Assembly: GCA_963823665.1 (NCBI GenBank)
Contig: CAWGMQ010000008.1
Coordinates: 1,824,001-1,888,000 of the forward strand
Direction of reading: 5' to 3'
Source: an uncultured Planctomycetota bacterium
GTDB taxonomy: Bacteria > Planctomycetota > Planctomycetia > Isosphaerales > Isosphaeraceae
Length of the DNA: 64,000 nucleotides
In this document: positions 1 through 8,965 of the stretch, piece after piece
Position numbering within the stretch: position 1 is the first letter of the stretch
Layout: each line of letters starts with the position of its first letter
Made by a program: the position numbers and the translations under genes
Notes under the pieces: model-generated
Databases searched by the model: none
Told to the model about the DNA's origin: nothing
Seen by the model: only the letters and a program-made list of their open reading frames with translations

Positions 1-648
1 GTACATCCAGGCCACGAGCCGGGTTGGTCGAAAACACCCTGGCTTGGTTTTCACCGTGTACAACTGGACCAGGCCGCGGGACCTTTCGCACTACGAACGG
101 TTCGAGCACTACCATGCGACGTTTTACAATCACGTGGAGGCGCTGTCCGTGACGCCGTTTGCGCCGGGGCGCTGAGCCGGGGGCTGACGGCGCTTCTGGT
201 CTCGTGCATCCGGTTGCAGGGGACGGAGTTCAACGCCAACAAGAGGGCGAGCAAGATCGACCGGAACCATCCATACGTCAAGGAGGCGATCAAGACGATC
301 GTGCGGCGGGCAGAGCTGGTGGGAAGCGGCGACGGGGACGAGTCGTTTGTAGCGAACCTCAAGACCGAATTGAACGAGCGGCTTGACCAGTGGCTGGCCG
401 AATCGCAGAAGACGGCGGGCGGGCGCGTGCTTGGCTATGACGAGGAGCGCGACGGGATCACCGTGGGGCTGCTCCACCGGCCGGGGCTCGAGCCCTGGGA
501 TGATTTCACGTGCCTGAACTCGCTGCGCGATGTTGAGCCGAACGTGGGATTGATCCTGCATGACGGCGGGCTCGACGCGGACCCGGGTTTCGTCGGCGAG
601 GCTCGCGATGACGAAGACGGAGAGAACGACGAGGAGGAAGCGGAATGA
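1..648 (+). CDS. drmA: DISARM helicase DrmA, C-terminal part (5' truncated by window; 1-bp frameshift near 168)
   Basis: Frame 2 from base 2 reads [38 protein letters not shown]...[12 protein letters not shown] (SF2 helicase motif VI plus DrmA-type tail). Adding one G to the GGGG run near 168 joins it to ORF 214..648. Stop overlaps drmB start (ATGA). Confidence 0.88.
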   Translation, partial: VHPGHEPGWSKTPWLGFHRVQLDQAAGPFALRTVRALPCDVLQSRGGAVRDAVCAGALSRGLTALLVSCIRLQGTEFNANKRASKIDRNHPYVKEAIKTIVRRAELVGSGDGDESFVANLKTELNERLDQWLAESQKTAGGRVLGYDEERDGITVGLLHRPGLEPWDDFTCLNSLRDVEPNVGLILHDGGLDADPGFVGEARDDEDGENDEEEAE

Positions 649-2609
649 CCGGGTCGTCTACGACAGAGCGGCGCAAGATCGGCGACATCCGGCCGAACCA
701 GTTGCTGTTCACGGGCGGTGTGGGGGCGATTGTCGAGCTGCCGAATCTGTCGGTGATGGTGATGGGTCTTGATGATTGGCCCGTTGATCAGGGTGTGGCG
801 GAGATCAGCGAGCCGCGACTGCTCAAGGCTGTGCAGTATGAGCTTGGTCCGCAGGTTGCGAAGCTGCTCACGCCGCCGGTTGCGAACGAGTCGGTGGGTG
901 TCGCGGCGAGCCCGTTTGATGATACGGCGAACCTGGGCGTTCCGGTGGCGCCGTTTCCGCGCTGGCAGGTTTGCCCGCACTGCCGGCTGCTGGCGCCGAT
1001 CCAGTCGGGTCTGTTCGAGCTGCGGCTGGACCCTTATCGCAAGGACCGGAGCCGGTATGTGCATCGCAACTGCCACAAGAAGGGGAAGCCTCCGTCGGTC
1101 GTGCCTGCCCGGTTCCTCGTGGCGTGTGAGCGCGGGCACCTGGATGATTTTCCGTGGGTGGAGTTTGTCCATCGTGGGCATACTGATTGCCGCTATGAAC
1201 TGCGGCTCTACGAGCTAGGTGCCTCGGGAGAGGTGGCCGATGTCCAGGTGGAATGTGTTCGGTGCGAGCAACGGCGGCGAATGAGCGATGCGTTCAGCGA
1301 GGAGGGGCGACTTGAGCTGCAACGATGCCGAGGCCGATGGCCGCATCTGCGAAAATACGACGAGGCCCCTTGCGAGGGAACTCAACGAGCGATTCTCTCG
1401 GGCGCGTCGAATAGCTGGTTCCCGATCTTGCTGACGGTGCTGTACATTCCAAGCACGCCCGACAGGCTGAGCCAGCAGATCGAATTGAACTGGGCGGAGC
1501 TGGAGGAATGCGAATCGGCGCGGGATATCAAGCTCAAGCGGAAATTGCTCAAGGGGCTGGCGACGTTCTCCGAGGAGCAGATCTGGGAGGCGGTCGTCAA
1601 ACGGAAAGCGGGGACCGACGACGGGGCTGTAGAAGTGCCCGATTTGCGCGAGCCGGAATGGGCGGTGTTCTCGAACCCTGACCCGAATTTGAATAGCCGG
1701 GATTTCAAGTTGCGGGTCGTCGAGCCGCCGGCTGCGTACAAGAAGGTGATCAGCAAGGTGGTGCTGGCGGAGCGGTTGCGGGAAGTGCGGGCGCTCGTCG
1801 GGTTTACTCGAATCGAGTCGCCCGGCGACTATACGGACATCGGCGATTTTCCGAGGGACCAGCGGGTGTCGCTCAGCCGGTCCGCGCCCAAGTGGGTGCC
1901 GACGTGCGAAGTGCGTGGCGAAGGGATTTTCCTGCAGTTTTCCGAGCAGGCGATTGGGGAGTGGATCAAGGAGACAAGGGAGCGCGAGGCCGAGTTTTTC
2001 GAGGGGCACCGGAGGTGGCGGCAGAAACGGGGACTGGAGCCCGACGATGGGTTTCCGACGATGCGGTACGTTCTGCTGCATTCGCTGGCACATGCCTTGA
2101 TCCGGCAGTTTGCGATCGAGTGTGGGTATACGACGGCGAGCATTCGCGAGAGGATTTACTCGCAGGCCCCGGGGGGCGATGCGGAGCCGATGCCGGGAAT
2201 TTTGCTCTATACCGCCGCGCCGGACAGCGAGGGGACGCTTGGCGGCCTGGTGGCGCTGGGTGGGCCGAAGGTCTTGGGGCGGCATCTGGATCAGGCGCTG
2301 GACTCGATGCGGCTGTGCGCGTCGGATCCTCTCTGCGCCGAGCATCGCCCGATGAAGGATGGGCTGACCTTGCATGGCGCGGCGTGTCATGCGTGCCTGT
2401 TCCTGCCAGAGACGAGCTGCGAGCGCGGCAACAAGTATCTGGACCGGAGTGTGCTAGTCTCGACCGTCGAGTCGGACGGCTTGGCCTTTTTCACTGAATC
2501 TTCCGAGCCGCTTCCGAAGGCAACGATCATTGCGCACACGGATGAGCTGATCACGCCGCCGAAGCCGATCGAGGTGGGTGTCACCGAAGGCGATGAGCCG
2601 GGAGAGTGA
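645..2609 (+). CDS. drmB: DISARM DrmB, DUF1998 domain protein
   Basis: 654 aa; HSLAHALIR-ECGY-ASIRERIY, ILLYTAAPDSEGTLGGL, and Cys cluster CASDPLC...ACHAC...ETSCERGN-LDR typical of DUF1998/DrmB; lies between helicase and PLD genes. Confidence 0.92.
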   Translation: MTGSSTTERRKIGDIRPNQLLFTGGVGAIVELPNLSVMVMGLDDWPVDQGVAEISEPRLLKAVQYELGPQVAKLLTPPVANESVGVAASPFDDTANLGVPVAPFPRWQVCPHCRLLAPIQSGLFELRLDPYRKDRSRYVHRNCHKKGKPPSVVPARFLVACERGHLDDFPWVEFVHRGHTDCRYELRLYELGASGEVADVQVECVRCEQRRRMSDAFSEEGRLELQRCRGRWPHLRKYDEAPCEGTQRAILSGASNSWFPILLTVLYIPSTPDRLSQQIELNWAELEECESARDIKLKRKLLKGLATFSEEQIWEAVVKRKAGTDDGAVEVPDLREPEWAVFSNPDPNLNSRDFKLRVVEPPAAYKKVISKVVLAERLREVRALVGFTRIESPGDYTDIGDFPRDQRVSLSRSAPKWVPTCEVRGEGIFLQFSEQAIGEWIKETREREAEFFEGHRRWRQKRGLEPDDGFPTMRYVLLHSLAHALIRQFAIECGYTTASIRERIYSQAPGGDAEPMPGILLYTAAPDSEGTLGGLVALGGPKVLGRHLDQALDSMRLCASDPLCAEHRPMKDGLTLHGAACHACLFLPETSCERGNKYLDRSVLVSTVESDGLAFFTESSEPLPKATIIAHTDELITPPKPIEVGVTEGDEPGE

Positions 2610-3415
2610 CGATGTCGAACGGGCTTTCCCTGGTCGCCGGGCGTGCGGTCACGCTCGTCAAGAGTTTGCCGATGGGCCTGGTCGAGACGCTTGTGGCGCG
2701 GCTGGAAATTGGTGATGCTCAGGATCGGAAAACGCTGAGCGAGCGGGTTCTGCTGGCAATTCCCGGAGCTCATCAGCGGGAACTCGTCGGCGATTTCTTT
2801 CGGGAGTGGAGGACCCACGCAGCTGAAGTGAATCCGTCTTCGGTTGCCGCCGCGCTGCTCACCGCATCTTTGGCGAACGACAACAGGCGCGAGGAAGAGT
2901 CTCTTGAGTTGGTCTGGACGGGGCCGGATGCGGATGCGGGCCCGATCCGGAGGACCGAGCAGGTGATTCTGGAGGTCATCGATTCGGCCAGCCAGCGGGC
3001 GACGATTGTGAGTTACGCAGTGTATTCGATCCCTCATATTTGTGGATCGCTTGTGCGCGCGGCGGGCCGTGGCGTTCGGATCAATGTGATCGTCGAGACG
3101 CCGGACAAGCTCGAGGGCAGGAACGAGTACAGCACGCTTCGAGCGCTCGGTGCCGAAGTGGCGGATTGTTCGACCGTCTATTACTGGCCGAAGCAGAATC
3201 GTGGGGTCGATCGGAATGGCAAGCTCGGAAGCCTGCATGTCAAGTGCGTGGCCGCCGACGGTCGATGGCTGTTCCTCTCGTCGGCTAATCTGACCGACTA
3301 TGCGTTTTCGATCAACATGGAGCTGGGATTGCTGGCGCGGGGTGGGGACTTGCCCGGGAGGGTTGAGAAGCATTTCGACCGGCTGATCGAGCGCGGGGTG
3401 CTGGCGAAGCTGTGA
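2606..3415 (+). CDS. drmC: DISARM phospholipase D-family nuclease DrmC
   Basis: 269 aa; ELVWTGP motif and a single HKD motif (LHVKCVAAD...SSANLT...NMELG); start overlaps drmB stop. Confidence 0.9.
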   Translation: MTMSNGLSLVAGRAVTLVKSLPMGLVETLVARLEIGDAQDRKTLSERVLLAIPGAHQRELVGDFFREWRTHAAEVNPSSVAAALLTASLANDNRREEESLELVWTGPDADAGPIRRTEQVILEVIDSASQRATIVSYAVYSIPHICGSLVRAAGRGVRINVIVETPDKLEGRNEYSTLRALGAEVADCSTVYYWPKQNRGVDRNGKLGSLHVKCVAADGRWLFLSSANLTDYAFSINMELGLLARGGDLPGRVEKHFDRLIERGVLAKL

Positions 3416-3695
3416 AATGAATTCGTTCCCTTAATCGTTGCAGGGTAAGGGCGCGCGACGGATTTACAAAGCGAACGGTGATGTCTAAAGGGGGGGTCAC
3501 CTAGCCCCATGAAAGTGCGCGAATGCACGATCCAGCCGCGGGAGCTCAATTTTCAGAGTAACTTGCCCTAACATTAGGACGGAGGGCGGAGGGCCGAGGA
3601 ATCTCACTCGAAATGGACGAATTCCACACCTTCGGCGTAAACGGATCAGGGGTTTTGTAAAGCGTGTGTGCGAATTGCGGTCGTGTTCGGAGGGT

Positions 3696-3756
3696 CCCTC
3701 ACCCCGGCGGTCTCCCGGAGGGGCCCTCACCCTGGCCCTCTCCCAACGGGAGAGGG
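3696..3756. repeat. Tandem pair of CCCTCACCC...CCCTCTCCC-N3-GGGAGAGGG REP-like palindromes (first copy degenerate)
   Basis: Perfect 9-bp stem ccctctccc-aac-gggagaggg at 3736-3756; ccctcaccc leader present at both 3696 and 3724. Confidence 0.75.
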
Positions 3757-3827
3757 TGCGGTTGGTCGTCGCCGGATTCCTCAACAGGTCTTGGATTTTG
3801 TGGCACGTTGGATTCGCAGACACGCTC

Positions 3828-4115
3828 TCAGGAATTTCGGCGGTCTCGCCTCATTTCGTTTGCCATCGCGTACTCCGCCGCAAGGTCGAATCCAATGTCG
3901 GCGGTTGGATCGGTGATTTTGAACGCCGCGTACATCAGGCAGACCATGTGCAAGCCGCTGAAATGCCCCGGCAGGGTGCGGAGCTGGTATTTCTGAGTGG
4001 AGTCGTTGACGTCGAAGCCCTTCATTCCCAGCGTTGCGACCTCCACGTGAACAGGACAGCCCGTCAGGGATTCGACTTCTTCCACAGTTCGCTTGACGGC
4101 GGTCTGTAGGTCCAT
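3828..4115 (-). pseudogene. 95-aa ORF, probable internally deleted remnant of a larger conserved (TPR-associated) protein
   Basis: The C-terminal 70 aa (EVATLGMKGFDVND...KYQLRTLPGHFSGLHMVCLMYAAF...DIGFDLAAEY) recall the C-terminal domain of a larger family; the first 24 aa recall that family's N-terminus. Recognised from memory only. Confidence 0.5.
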
Positions 4116-4282
4116 CTTGCTATTATCGCCGGCGTACCGGCTTTTTCCCAGACTGGGCTATGAACGGGGCGGGCTTCGTCGGCTCTAACTTGGATTGTGC
4201 GATTTCGTTGCGGCGGGTCGTCGTCGAGGTTGTCGTCGCCCGCGATTAATCGGGGGACGGGGCTGGAGCGGTGGTGGTTCGA

Positions 4283-4365
4283 GCGGATCACTGGCGGGTG
4301 ACGCCCTTCACCCCCCCTGGGCCCCCCTTTGCAAGGGGGGGGAAAGGGACGGGCGGGGCTTTCTT
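4283..4365 (+). repeat. Left copy of an ~83-bp direct repeat containing a poly-C/poly-G hairpin
   Basis: 4283-4320 matches 6883-6920 at 36/38 nt; 4315-4365 closely matches 7118-7166; internal hairpin cccccctt-tgc-aagggggg. Confidence 0.85.
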
Positions 4366-4583
4366 TTGCCGGCTTCTTAGCCGCGGCGCGCGCAAATTCG
4401 CAGGTTCGATCGAATTGGTCGTTGCATGCGTTGCGACGTGAAAAAAATTCCAGGTTTTCTGGTCGACGAAATGGCTAAATCCGGGAAACCCGTCGCATAT
4501 TATCTGTAGCTCAAAGTCGATTGCCGACACTGGTGTCGGCGCGATGGGCACCCACGTCTCTACATCCGAGAATTGACACTGAT

Positions 4584-6860
4584 ATGGCCTCTGATGCACA
4601 AATCAATGCGAACCGGCGCAATGCGTTACGCTCGACCGGGCCTAAAACTCCGGAATCCCGGGCGAAAAGCGCTCGCAATAGTCGGAAGCACGGTATTCGG
4701 TCGGAGCGGGAGAAGCTCGCGCGGGAGGAAAGCATCGCGTATGAAGCGCGATACTTTCGCTGGTCCGCGCATTATGGGGTGGAGAGTGACCCCGAGGAGT
4801 TTCTATTAAATGCCAACCTGTTCCTGGCGTCCGACATGGATCGGGTGAGGGGTGCCTACCTGGAACTCACTCAAAGCCAGATCGACAATGCCGAGGACGA
4901 CGAGATCAAAGAGGTGCGCGAGACGGGCGACTTGCTGTTCACCGATTCACGAGGCGTGCCGGTTTCGTTGTATGGCACCCGTCGGTTTAACAACAAGAAA
5001 CCAGGGGGACCGTCATGGGGTAGCGAAACTGCGCCGGCGATCAAGCCCGACGAACTCATGCGCAAACTGGAATCGAGCGCGATGGGGTGCTACTGGATCC
5101 TTGAGGTTCTTGAGGAACTGCTGGAACGGGCTCGCAAACGTTTTTGGTCCTCCGGCGATCGGCTGATGATGCTACGGTTGCTGGGGCGGCATCCTGTCGA
5201 TGGCCCCACAGACCGGCGGGTCGCTGAGGTTTTCGCGGCGAGCCACGCGCTTCGGCCGATGGGCAAGCCGTTTGACGATCTGCTCAGCGATATGAACGAG
5301 CTGATGCTCGAGGCCCACGTGAAGGCGGTCGTGGCGTTGTGGCCTGACCTATCGCAGCGCGGTGAAAAGGAGAAGGCCAGGCAGAGCCTGATCGAGCTGG
5401 TGGAGGGCGAGATCGAGCGGGTGTGGGCCATTGCGGCGGAACATGACACCCATATCAAGGATGAACCTGCGCGGACGAGGCGACGCAAGGGATTTGTTTA
5501 TACCAAGGAAGCTGAGGCGATGCGGCGATGGTTCGCGCGCGCCAAGGGGTCGGTGGAGCGAGGGGGCAAGGTAATTCGGCAGGAGGTACGGGCGCGGAAG
5601 GCGGATAACCATGCGGAGACTTTGCCGCCGGTGCCTGGGAAAGATGTTAGCCCGTATGATGGGCGGCCGGCGGCCTGGTGGGCGGAGAGTGTGGGTGGCG
5701 GGAAGAAGGGAGACCTGCGGTCGCGGGGAGGGCGGGGTCAGGAGAACCCGCGCCCAACACGGCGGGCCGGGGCGGGATGTGGAGACTCGCGACCAACATG
5801 GTGAGACCCGCGCCCAACATGTTGACGGAGGGACGGGGCGGGAGAGTGGCGATCAGCTCGCTGAGTTTGGGGGGACGGGAGACCTGCGGTCGGGTGGAGG
5901 GCGGCGACCCTTCGGGTGCCTGGAGACCCGCGCCCAACACGCGGATGGGGAGGCGGATTCGGGTGAGTGTGGGAGCGGCGGGCCACTCGCTGATGGTGGT
6001 TCGGGCGCGGCGGTTGAGATTGGCCGTGAGGCTTGGGCGGGCGGCACACGGAGTGTGCCTGCTACTCCAATTAGTGCGGACGGCACACGGAGTGTGCCTG
6101 CTACTTCGAATGAGAAGCGCCGCGGGTGGGATTCGGTCGTGGTGGAGGAATCGGACGTTCTGACGTGTGGGGGGTATCTTCCGGAGAAGTACGTTCGCGG
6201 TGAGGGCGATGGCGGCCGTGAGGAGGAGGCTCCGGCTGCGCTTGAGGACGGGGTTCCGACTGCGATTGAGGACGAGGCTCCGGCTGCGCTTGAGGACGAA
6301 GTGCCGAGTCTTGAAACCTTGGGTTCCGAATCTGAGGACGCCAAGCGAGTCGACATGGATCTGAATGCAGGAAGTGTGAGTGAAGTCACGCAGGAGGGGA
6401 TGGCGGAAACGGTTGATCGGCGCGGGAGGATGGGCGTGCCGCGGGCGGCGACGAGGGTCAAACCGGTGAAAAAGCGCCGAACGAAGCCAATTTGCGTGAT
6501 GACGTGTGCATAGCACAACCTCAAGAGATTATTGGTGTTCCGACGAATTCCGGTCGTGATTCGGGACTTGACGGTTGTCAAACGAAGCCAATTTTGCAAA
6601 CGAAGCCAATTCCGGCGGGCGGTGCGGAGATGGGCGCATCTGGAGGTTCGACTCAGCCGGTTCGACGGGCATTGACGGATAACGAGAAACGGGACGCGTG
6701 GAAGGAGAGAAGGCGGCGGGAGTGGATTCGTGCACGTGCGGAGAAGGCGGCGCGGGAGCGGGAGGGCTTGGCGAGGTTGAATGGGGGCGTAGCGAATCCT
6801 GGGACGACTTCGTCGCCAGCGGGGGAAGCCGTGCCGCCGCACGATGTGCGGGGGCCTTGA
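4584..6860 (+). CDS. Hypothetical protein of ~760 aa with N-terminal ANRRNA-xx-STGPKT...KHG motif and low-complexity repeat-derived tail; frameshifts near 5745 and 6425
   Basis: ORFs 4521..5804, 5611..6513 and 6492..6860 join if the extra A in ggagaAcccg (other repeat copies read ggagacccg) is removed and a second indel near 6425 is corrected, giving ...EKAPNEANLRDD...QTKPILQTKPI. Confidence 0.7.
5709..5940 (+). repeat. Intragenic repeat family GGAGACCTGCGGTCG...GGAGACCCGCGCCCAACAC: two full units and two half units
   Basis: Full units at 5709-5760 and 5878-5940; gagacYcgcgMccaaca half units at ~5782 and ~5803; translate as GDLRS...ETRAQH. Confidence 0.8.
6042..6105 (-). repeat. Two identical 25-nt GTAG-type REP palindromes, 39 bp apart, inside the CDS
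   Basis: cggcacacggagtgtgcctgctact at 6042-6066 and 6081-6105; minus strand reads GTAG-CA-GGCACAC-TCC-GTGTGCC. Confidence 0.85.
6226..6297 (+). repeat. 24-bp tandem repeat, three copies (EAPAALED/GVPTAIED/EAPAALED)
   Basis: gaggctccggctgcgcttgaggac occurs twice with a variant copy between. Confidence 0.8.
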
Positions 6861-6882
6861 TGTGGGATCTTGTGCGCGGCGG

Positions 6883-7166
6883 GCGGATCACTGGCGGGCG
6901 GCGCCCTTCACCCCCCCTGGCCCTGGGCGGATCAAAAGCGGGCCGTATTGGCGAATTTCGCCGTGGACGATTCGGCGTTTTCTGTTGCGCGGCGGTTTGG
7001 TGCTGGCGGCCGCCGGGACGGACCCCCCCTGGCCCCCCCTTCTTAAGGGGGGAAGCTTGGCGCAACATTCGCGGGGGGAAATCTCCGCTCCATACTCTGC
7101 AAGTTTTCAACAGGCCACCCTGGCCCCCCTTTGAGAGGGGGGGAAAGGGACGTGTGGGGCTTTCTT
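6883..7166 (+). repeat. Right copy of the direct repeat, split by ~200 bp that contain a further poly-C/poly-G hairpin (7022-7054)
   Basis: First half at 6883-6920 and second half at 7118-7166 match 4283-4365. Confidence 0.8.
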
Positions 7167-7259
7167 GATTGAGACGCGGCGGGGTATTCTCCAATAACTT
7201 CGGGCGTCGTGGAAACTTGAGGTTGGTCCAACGAGTGGGAGTATAGTAGACTTTTCCAC

Positions 7260-8965
7260 ATGAGATACCGCATGAACGGCGTAATGGTTGGTCGACTGCG
7301 GGAGCGGTGCGGCCGAATTTGGCTCGTCCTGGTTGTCGCTGGGCTGTTTCTGCTCGAGCCGACGGCTCGTGCGCAGAAGGCGGCGCGGAGCTCCGGGAAC
7401 GAGGCGGTGTCGCAGCGGGTTGAGGCGGTGCTCAGCACACCCGGGTATCAGAAGGGGCATTGGGGGGTTCTGGTCGTCGACCGCAAGACGGGCGAGGTGA
7501 TTTACGAACGAAACGCCGATCAGCTTTTCGCGCCGGCGTCGGTCACGAAGCTGTTCACTACGGCCGCCGCGCTCGTCGAGCTTGGGCCCGGGTACCGGTT
7601 CCAGACGCCCGTGGTGCGACACGGCGAGGTGGATGCGGCGGGCAAGCTGAACGGAGACTTGATTCTGGTGGCGTCGGGCGACCTGTGCATGGGCGGGCGC
7701 ACGGGTCCTGAGGGAGTGCTCCTGTTCAAGGACGAAGACCACACGTACTCCGGCGGTAATTTGAAGAGTGAAATCGTCGGGACCAATCCGCTTGCGGGAT
7801 TGGACCATCTGGCGCGCGAGGTGGAAGCCTCGGGAATCCGCGAGATTGCCGGCGATGTGATCGTGGATGACCGACTCTTCGCTCCGGCGCTTTCGAGCGG
7901 GAGCGGCCCTAGCCGGGTCAGCCCAATTCTGATCAACGACAACGTCATCGATGTTCTGGCGCGGCCGGCGGGCAAGGCAGGTGAGCCGGCAGTGGTCACG
8001 TTTCAGCCGGCGACACAGTTTGTTGCGGTCGACGCATTGGTGGAGACGGTTCCAGAAGGCAAGCCGGCGTCGCTCACGGTCGGGCGGATTGGTTCAGCGA
8101 AGTACGCGGTGCGCGGGCAGTTGCCTGTCGGGCACGGGCAAGTCGTCAAGATCGGCGAGATCGAGCAGCCAGCCTCGTTTGCCCGCGCGCTGTTCATCGA
8201 GGCGCTGCGGCGGCATCGAGTGCGGGTTACGGCGTCGCCGCTGGAGTCGAACAACACTGGCGGCCTGGCGGCGCGCGGCGACGTTCTCAAGCTGCCGAAG
8301 GTAGCCGAGTACACGTCGCCCCCGCTCAGCGAGTATGCGCGAGTGATCCTGAAGGTGAGCCACAATCTCCATGCCAGCACGCTGCCGCTTCTGATCGCCG
8401 CACATCATGGCGAGCGCACTCTCGAGGAGGGGTTGAAGCGCGAGGGGAAAATTCTCAAGGGCCTGGGACTGGAGCCGGGTACAGTCTCGTTCGGTGGCGG
8501 GGCCGGCGGGTCGCGATCGGATCTGGTCACTCCGAGGGCGACCGTCACGTTGTTGCGTGCGATGGCGACGCGACCGGAATTTGCGGCATTCGACCCGGCG
8601 CTGCCGGTGCTTGGCCGCGACGGGACCCTTGCCAAGTCGGTTGCAGCCGATAGCCCGTGCGCGGGCATGCGCACGCCAAGACCGGCACGTACTTCGTTGA
8701 GAACGAACTGGAGGGAACCACCGTGCTGACAAGCAAGGCGCTGGCGGGCTACCTTGAAACGGCATCCGGGCGATCGCTTGTGTTTGCCGCGTTCGTGAAC
8801 AACGTGCCGCTCGACGCACCGAAGCCCACGAAGTCGGTTTCCGACGCGACAGCGGAGGCCGGCCGATTGCTGGGCAAGCTGTGCGAGGCCCTTTACACGG
8901 ATTCAGGCGACCGAGCTGGGGAGCCGAAGGACAAACGAGCCGCGATCAGTGGTGCAGGTCGCTAA
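7260..8965 (+). CDS. dacB: D-alanyl-D-alanine carboxypeptidase/endopeptidase (PBP4, peptidase S13); frameshift near 8657
   Basis: Signal peptide; SxxK (PASVTKL) and SxN (KVSHN) in ORF 7260..8729; KTG (HAKTGT) in overlapping ORF 8657..8965; one missing G restores DSPVRGHAHAKTG. Confidence 0.88.

Noticed and set aside
6042..6105. Possible mini-CRISPR (two identical 25-nt palindromic repeats)
   Set aside because: Only two copies with a 14-nt spacer and no cas genes; the GTAG end fits a REP.
7260..8965. Programmed frameshifting or true pseudogene status for dacB and the other split genes
   Set aside because: No slippery heptamer seen and no accompanying decay; consensus error is the simpler explanation.
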